Shown here: in pieces, positions 58,130-64,000 of the stretch
How the letters are laid out: every line of letters begins with the position of its first letter
How positions within the stretch are numbered: position 1 is the stretch's first letter
Source of the DNA: an uncultured Candidatus Saccharibacteria bacterium
GTDB lineage: Bacteria; Patescibacteriota; Minisyncoccia; UBA6257; UBA11618
Direction of reading: 5' to 3'
Length of the DNA stretch: 64,000 nt
NCBI GenBank assembly: GCA_964362125.1
Contig: CAYICS010000002.1
Coordinates: 9,302-73,301, forward strand
Notes under the pieces: model-generated
Told to the model about the DNA's origin: nothing
The model's input: the letters and a program-made list of their open reading frames with translations, nothing else
The model's database searches: none
Made by a program: the position numbers and the translations under genes

Positions 58130-59917
58130 TTATTGGTAAACAGCAAAACTGCCCAATTCTTTTCTCACCGAAAATTTATCGTATAACACTTCTTTTTCCA
58201 CTAAAGATCCTTCGGCTATTTCCCCCACTATCGCCAGCTCCGACTGAAGATTGAAGAAATCATAACTTTTAGGCAGGAGAGGTTCCTGTAAAACGCAGGA
58301 ACGTCGGCTGCATTCTTTATAATTAAGCAAAACTGTCCGGGGAGAAAAAATCCACTGCAGATAAGGTAAATCAAATGGCGCCGAAAAATTCAGCACGGGG
58401 TTATCTCTGTTTTTCGGTAAACTTTTATTGAAGGCGAGCAGGTTTTCTAAATTTTTCCTTTTCTCCAAGTTAATTACACCTTCATCCCGGCCTTTAATCA
58501 TATCAAGGAAAATAAATGATTGCTGGCGGTGGGCCTCAGTTAAAAAGACCGGCGTTAGAATAATCATAACAATAAAGATTATAGCTATTCCCAGTTCTTC
58601 GGAAATAAATTTTTTTATTAATAAAAATACGGCGGAGATGGAAAAAAGAGCCAAAATCGCTATCGCCGGATACATAATCAGGAAATAACGAAAGGGCTGC
58701 CAGCTGGCGTAGAAAGCGTGATAAGCAATAATTGACGATGTCAGATAAAGCCATGGCATTAACAAAGCAAAGGCCAGCGGCAATGCTGCTGGAGATAATT
58801 TTTTATAAAAAACTGATCCCAAAACCGCCAGAAAACTGCCGACAATACCTGACCAAATAATCATATTTTGTTTAAACCCGATATACGGCTGGCTCCAAAG
58901 ATTCCAGTTTTTTGAATAATCCTCATAATAACTGATGAGATTGGGATTGTAGAATTCCAAAAAATTAAATAGGTAAAGAACATACAAAATTGCCACTATT
59001 ACCGCCGGCAGAAAAGAAACTTTTTCGAAATTATGCCAAGACTCCTTCTTTCTTGTAATCAGGGCAATCGCTTCTTTAAAAATTTTACTGCTGCCGACGA
59101 TTAAAACAAACATTGTTAAAGTCGCCAGATGAACTAAATAAAAAATAATCAGATAAAGAGCGGTGAAGGCCGGCGTGGTTTTCTCATTGAGAAAAATAAA
59201 TCCCGCCATAAAAAGAAATAATCCTAAATTCTGCGGCACGACAGCAGTGGAAAGCAGATAATAGTTAAACCAATGAAGCGAAAAAACAGCCACCGGCGCC
59301 AAAATAGCCAATGATCTAACCGGCAGAATAATCAGCGCCAGCCGGCCAATAGTCAAGGATAAAATAAAATAATTGAAGAAAATCCAAAAAAGAATAAAAT
59401 TCTGATAGGCGTCCAGATTCTTAGGAAGAAGATTAGTATAGTGGGAAATGATTAGAAAAAAAGATCCCCGATCAATACTGGCGGTTGTCAGGAAATGAAG
59501 CGCCAGCCGGGAATCGTGCGCCGACCTTTCTCCGTAAGCTAGCCAATAATACTGGTCGGTGGCCGGATTAAAATAATCAATACCTAATTGGCGCAGATGA
59601 TTGTTGATGAAAAAAAGCAGAATGATTGAAATGAAAATAATAGCCCAGTCGTAAACAGAAAACTTAATCTTAACCAAGTTTATTTTACTCCTTAAAAGAA
59701 AAATAACGACGGCTAAAGAAAAAATCAGGCCGGGCAGAATTGAGTCGCCGATAAACGGCAATAAAAAAGCGGAAATAATAGCGAAAGCAATTCCGAAAAT
59801 AACCGAATGAATCAGAAAAAAAAGCAGATCAATTTCTTCTTTTTTAATAAAAACCAAAGATAAAAGGAGGCCGGGGATAACAAGGGTTGATAGAAACGGT
59901 AAAATAATAGCCGCCAT
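58130..59917 (-). CDS. Multi-pass membrane protein, putative GT-C fold
   Basis: More than 12 hydrophobic segments, a D.YYW loop and a soluble C-terminus; glycan locus. Confidence 0.5.
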   Translation of the reverse strand: MAAIILPFLSTLVIPGLLLSLVFIKKEEIDLLFFLIHSVIFGIAFAIISAFLLPFIGDSILPGLIFSLAVVIFLLRSKINLVKIKFSVYDWAIIFISIILLFFINNHLRQLGIDYFNPATDQYYWLAYGERSAHDSRLALHFLTTASIDRGSFFLIISHYTNLLPKNLDAYQNFILFWIFFNYFILSLTIGRLALIILPVRSLAILAPVAVFSLHWFNYYLLSTAVVPQNLGLFLFMAGFIFLNEKTTPAFTALYLIIFYLVHLATLTMFVLIVGSSKIFKEAIALITRKKESWHNFEKVSFLPAVIVAILYVLYLFNFLEFYNPNLISYYEDYSKNWNLWSQPYIGFKQNMIIWSGIVGSFLAVLGSVFYKKLSPAALPLAFALLMPWLYLTSSIIAYHAFYASWQPFRYFLIMYPAIAILALFSISAVFLLIKKFISEELGIAIIFIVMIILTPVFLTEAHRQQSFIFLDMIKGRDEGVINLEKRKNLENLLAFNKSLPKNRDNPVLNFSAPFDLPYLQWIFSPRTVLLNYKECSRRSCVLQEPLLPKSYDFFNLQSELAIVGEIAEGSLVEKEVLYDKFSVRKELGSFAVYQ

Positions 59918-59919
59918 TA

Positions 59920-60498
59920 TTAAATAGGCCGGGCAACAATCTCTAATTCATGGACGCCAATCCAATCCTTTTCTGATTCAGCCCTCAAGCGCAGGCCCCG
60001 GGCAGGAAAAATTTTATTAATGATGGTTTCCGGAGTTGCGGGAAACCCGCCGCCAGCCACTTCTTTCCAAACAACTCCATCAGTGGTCGATTCCAAAATC
60101 CATTTCTTAATGTAATAATCGTTTTGTCCGTAATCACCCCAAGTAATAATCACCTGCTTCACCTCCTGATCAGCGGTAAAATTAATAATGTAATCTATTT
60201 TATTAGAAGCCGGGCTAGCTGCAGTATTTTTAATACCATCCATCAACTTATCAGCTCCCCGACCCTGATCTAAACTGTGCTCTTTCGACTCGGTAATATT
60301 ACTGGTGACAAAAATATCGGCGCTGGTTAATCTTTTATAAACGGACTGGCCGGCTGACAGATTGCGGCCGCAAATAAGAGAACTTATGGATAATCGGGCT
60401 GATTGCTGGATATTAAAACAAATTCTTACTGTCGCCAGCGACAAAACATAAGATATAACCACTGCCGTCAAAATGACGTAATAATAATTCTTTTTCAT
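59920..60498 (-). CDS. Membrane-anchored discoidin (F5/8 type C)-like protein
   Basis: N-terminal TM; L.DG, W.LESTTDG..W, AR..RL, W..V.ELEI. Confidence 0.75.
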   Translation of the reverse strand: MKKNYYYVILTAVVISYVLSLATVRICFNIQQSARLSISSLICGRNLSAGQSVYKRLTSADIFVTSNITESKEHSLDQGRGADKLMDGIKNTAASPASNKIDYIINFTADQEVKQVIITWGDYGQNDYYIKKWILESTTDGVVWKEVAGGGFPATPETIINKIFPARGLRLRAESEKDWIGVHELEIVARPI

Positions 60499-62132
60499 TG
60501 TTTATGAGTATAACTTTTATAAACGTCCCAGTCAATTTTGAAGACTTGAATCCGCCATTGCGGATTAGGACGGCGATTAGAATAAACTTCCTGAAAATAA
60601 GAAGGGATTTCTTCGCCGGAATAAACCAAAAGATTAATCCTTCGCCAAGCAGTTTCATTAAGAAAATTATCATCAACCGCCAGATGAGTTACCCCGTTCT
60701 TTTTAAGCCATTTCATAGCTGAATCCAAATTCGGGATTAATCCGGGATAAATAATGCTCAATCCGGAAAGCGGCGCCGCCAACTCAAACATCCCCCGACC
60801 GCCGACAGCCGTATCGGGAAAATTCATCATAATTAAATCCGCGCCCGTGCCAATAGCCAATTTACCGCGGATTTTTTGAGAAATCTCCCGAGCCCACTGA
60901 AAATTATCCCGAAATAATTTTCTTTGGTTAAAAATATTAAAGAGATCATAATTTAAATAATAATAAGTCCCCACCACCGCCTCCCCGAGAAAAACCAATA
61001 AAATCAACCATAATAATATTTTCCTGCCGGTTATTTTTAAAAAATCAATAATGCCGGCTGTTGCTAAAATAATAACCACCGGCAAAGTATGATAAAGATA
61101 GCGATAAGTGCCAAGAACGGCGAAAACCGGAATAAAAATTATCAGCCAGATTAATAAAAACCAGGAAAGAAAAACAGCCGGCCAATCACGATTTCTTAAA
61201 ACGCCCCAGAAGAAAAACAATAAAAGCACCGGGGAGATGATAAAAAGGATATAAAAGGCCAAAATTTGCAAAAGACCGTAGAAGAAAAATTTATTAAAAA
61301 ACTTCTGGAAAAAACCGCTGGAAAAAAAATCAGTTAAGGTTGGCGAAAGGAACATTTTACCCCAAAGCTGTTCGTAATTATCAACGAGGAATTTATCGTT
61401 TTCTCCATAACTAAAGGCCGATCCGAAATAAATATATCTTTGATAAAGAAAAGGGGCGGCAATTAAAAAAAACAATAAAATAATATAAACAAGATAGCGC
61501 CAACTTAGCGGCGGCCGCATTTTTTTCAAAAAGAAAAATCCCAGAAGGACGATTATCAGACTAACCAGCCCTTGTGGTTTTACCCAATAAGAAAGACCGG
61601 CAAAGGTTGCCGCCAGCAGAATATAATTAGGATTCTCCTTTGCTTTAAAAATAAAACAAATGGAAATTAACAAAAATAAAGTAAAAAGCGGCTCGGCGAA
61701 TCCCAGCCAAGGCAATTTAAAAAAGGCGTCGCTGATTATAAAAAGAAAAAGTGACAGCAGCCAACTTTTTTCGCCGGGCAGAGTCTTCTGACTAAGATAG
61801 GCCAAGGGGAAAATAACCAGACCGGCGGTAAAAATATAAAGGAAGGTAACCCAGAGCATATTTTCGTAAATAGAAGGACTGGCGAAAAAATAAAAAAATG
61901 GTGCCAGAAAAATCGGCCAGCCAATAGCATGAGTTTTAATAGGCGCCCAATCCCCCTTGGTTATTTCTAAAGCTTTTAATAGGTAAATGTAACCATCGTA
62001 TCTTATAACAAAGCCGTTGCTTTCATTGAAATAAACCATTCCCCACTTCAAAACCAGAAAAACCAGAAATAAAATCAGCAGAACCAGCAGACGACGTTTA
62101 TCCAAGATTTCTGAAAAAGCGGCTAATGACAT
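60495..62132 (-). CDS. ArnT/PMT-like (GT-C) glycosyltransferase
   Basis: D...Y...A, GWP..LA, EPLFT, GL.Y.VKP.G, RYL...LP. Confidence 0.8.
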   Translation of the reverse strand: MSLAAFSEILDKRRLLVLLILFLVFLVLKWGMVYFNESNGFVIRYDGYIYLLKALEITKGDWAPIKTHAIGWPIFLAPFFYFFASPSIYENMLWVTFLYIFTAGLVIFPLAYLSQKTLPGEKSWLLSLFLFIISDAFFKLPWLGFAEPLFTLFLLISICFIFKAKENPNYILLAATFAGLSYWVKPQGLVSLIIVLLGFFFLKKMRPPLSWRYLVYIILLFFLIAAPFLYQRYIYFGSAFSYGENDKFLVDNYEQLWGKMFLSPTLTDFFSSGFFQKFFNKFFFYGLLQILAFYILFIISPVLLLFFFWGVLRNRDWPAVFLSWFLLIWLIIFIPVFAVLGTYRYLYHTLPVVIILATAGIIDFLKITGRKILLWLILLVFLGEAVVGTYYYLNYDLFNIFNQRKLFRDNFQWAREISQKIRGKLAIGTGADLIMMNFPDTAVGGRGMFELAAPLSGLSIIYPGLIPNLDSAMKWLKKNGVTHLAVDDNFLNETAWRRINLLVYSGEEIPSYFQEVYSNRRPNPQWRIQVFKIDWDVYKSYTHKQ

Positions 62133-62143
62133 ATAATGTCTTT

Positions 62144-62911
62144 ATGAAAATAGAAGAAATCAGTCAATTTGTGAAGGGGGTAGACGGCTGGTTGACTGAT
62201 AAAGAAGGGCGATTGCTCTACCATTTGGCCAAAAACTGCCGCGGCCATGGAGTGATCGTGGAAATCGGTTCCTGGAAAGGCAAGTCAACGATTTGGCTGG
62301 CGGCCGGCGCCAAAGCCGGCAAGAAAATCCCCGTCTATGCCATTGACCATCATAAGGGCTCGCCTGAACACTATCAATGGTATGGCGCCAAAGACATTTG
62401 GACTTTTGATGAATTTCAAAAAAATCTGGCGCTGGCCGGAGTGGCTGACATAGTGATACCGGTGGTGAAAACCTCGGCGGCGGCCGCTAAAGATTTTAAT
62501 CAGCCGGTGGAATTAATATTTATAGACGGCGCCCATCAATATGAGCTGGTTAAACTGGATTTTGAACTTTGGTTTCCCAAACTAATTGAAGGGGGGGTAA
62601 TGGTTGTTCACGATACGGCCGGCTGGGCACCCTGGCCCGGCCCTATAAAAATGGTCAAAGAAAAAATTTACCACTCGCTTTATTTTAAGGATATTGGTTT
62701 GGTTCACTCCATCACTTTTGCCAAAAAAGTCAAAATCAATAGCCCCCAAGACCGCTGGAAAAATCAATTAATGTCTTTTATCAGATTTCCTTCGGAAATA
62801 ATCGGCAAATTAAATTTAAAAATTATTCTCTTGATTAAATCAATTAAGATGAAGAAGAAAGGATTGGACGCTCCAGCCGCAACGATAGAAAGACACAGCC
62901 AGCCATTGTGA
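62144..62911 (+). CDS. Class I SAM-dependent methyltransferase (Methyltransf_24-like)
   Basis: GWL...EG, VEIGSWKGKST, FIDGAH.YE.V..D, GG....HD. Confidence 0.88.
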   Translation: MKIEEISQFVKGVDGWLTDKEGRLLYHLAKNCRGHGVIVEIGSWKGKSTIWLAAGAKAGKKIPVYAIDHHKGSPEHYQWYGAKDIWTFDEFQKNLALAGVADIVIPVVKTSAAAAKDFNQPVELIFIDGAHQYELVKLDFELWFPKLIEGGVMVVHDTAGWAPWPGPIKMVKEKIYHSLYFKDIGLVHSITFAKKVKINSPQDRWKNQLMSFIRFPSEIIGKLNLKIILLIKSIKMKKKGLDAPAATIERHSQPL

Positions 62912-62948
62912 GTTTTGGCTTAGCCATTCATAGAATCATGGCCCCTGA

Positions 62949-64000
62949 TCATTTAATCCAGGCGAAAGTCGCGTGTTTATGACCCCAAAAGCTCCACCAC
63001 ATTACTATAAAAACTGAAGCTGCTTTGGCTAAAAGATAATGCCAACCGGCAGTCTCCACGAGAAAATAAAGAATTAACTGGTTAATCCCTAAACCAATGA
63101 CGGCGACGCCGGCAAAAATGCCAAATTGAGAGAAAACGCGGCGGCTTTGATTGTTAAAATTAAACCACTTATTGAGAGAAAAATTGATAACCATTCCGGC
63201 AAGATAAGAAACGACGGCAGAGAGAAAATACCAGATTTTAAAAATATCGGTCAGTACGAACAAAATCAGAAAGTCGACGATGGTGGCGATGCCGGCAAAT
63301 ACTATGTAAAGAGAGAATCGAATATCCACTTTAGGCAATTCGCCCTTAATATGCCCCCTTTCTTGATATTCTTCTTCGGCGCCGATCTCATTCAGATCGT
63401 ATCTTCGACCATCAACAATTGACCGGGCCGCCATAAAACCCATTTCCAAAGAATGATCCTGATTGTTATAACGAAATCTTCCCGGCCGACCGATATAAAA
63501 AAGATTCTCAAATTGATCCAGATAATTCTTGACCAAACCGATGTATTCTTTATAGTTTAAATCGTAAATCGGATAAACTTTTTTCTGTTTAATCAGATAG
63601 CTGTTTCTCACTTCCGATCTTTGGATAAAACCCAGCGGTTCCAAATAACTGACAACCAATTCCAGCAATTCTTCTTTGCTTTTATTCCAAATCTCATCGC
63701 CTTCAAAACAAAAAAATTCCACAAAGAGCGATGTCTTGCCGTGAGGGCTCATTTTTTGGCTGAAGTTTTTCATCTCGCTGATGCGGCCGATGGGAATGTG
63801 AATTTCCGGAAAATAAATCCACTGGTCGCCAGTAACATAATCTTTATCCAAAGTCATAAAAAGATAAACCTGATCGCGGTAGTTTATCTTTTTTTGGGCT
63901 GCCAATATTTCTTTTGGCGGCGAGGGATCCAGTAAATCTAAAAATTCCTTGATGGGAATAGATTCAACTAAATACCTCGGGGAAGCAAACAATTGTTGTC
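62949..64000 (-). CDS. FAD-dependent oxidoreductase C-terminal part fused to a GtrA-like flippase domain (5' end outside the window)
   Basis: WIY.PE, R..E.KNFS..M.P, YP.Y, GR.G.FRYNN.DHS; then a 4-TM GtrA pattern (AT.VDF, NF.LNK.F.F, LAK, W.F..HK..TF). Confidence 0.8.
   Translation of the reverse strand, partial: QQLFASPRYLVESIPIKEFLDLLDPSPPKEILAAQKKINYRDQVYLFMTLDKDYVTGDQWIYFPEIHIPIGRISEMKNFSQKMSPHGKTSLFVEFFCFEGDEIWNKSKEELLELVVSYLEPLGFIQRSEVRNSYLIKQKKVYPIYDLNYKEYIGLVKNYLDQFENLFYIGRPGRFRYNNQDHSLEMGFMAARSIVDGRRYDLNEIGAEEEYQERGHIKGELPKVDIRFSLYIVFAGIATIVDFLILFVLTDIFKIWYFLSAVVSYLAGMVINFSLNKWFNFNNQSRRVFSQFGIFAGVAVIGLGINQLILYFLVETAGWHYLLAKAASVFIVMWWSFWGHKHATFAWIK

Overview
This window is a compact bacterial chromosome segment. 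Features that suggest Patescibacteria/CPR (an inference) are tight or overlapping genes, few Shine-Dalgarno (SD) sites and a minimal ThrRS. It opens with three housekeeping genes (dnaE, a short thrS, gatB) and continues as a ~58 kb surface-glycan locus that runs off the right edge. The locus holds GT2, GT4, GT11 and GT-C-like glycosyltransferases, CDP-deoxyhexose and GDP-fucose pathways, a sugar aminotransferase/formyltransferase/C-methyltransferase set, a NeuA/NeuB/KdsC nonulosonate module with a B12-type radical SAM enzyme, a Wzx flippase and many SAM methyltransferases. The least explained signals are non-coding. (1) Eight or nine insulated units share one architecture: sigma70 promoter, rRNA-type boxA-like 12-mer, SD-led genes with GC-richer codons, and an intrinsic terminator. 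They sit among SD-less, terminator-less resident genes. (2) Two inverted copies of a ~228-nt rod-like element, with compensatory changes in the closing stem, bracket a four-gene GT4 operon. (3) A 75-bp promoter/leader is duplicated in front of unrelated genes. (4) Heptamer arrays, two of them carrying GC hairpins, occur between genes and in frame inside gatB, asnB and two other genes. (5) Three deletion scars of paralogous genes are present. I found no rRNA, tRNA, CRISPR array, transposase or integrase. All calls come from reading motifs by eye; no database search was run.
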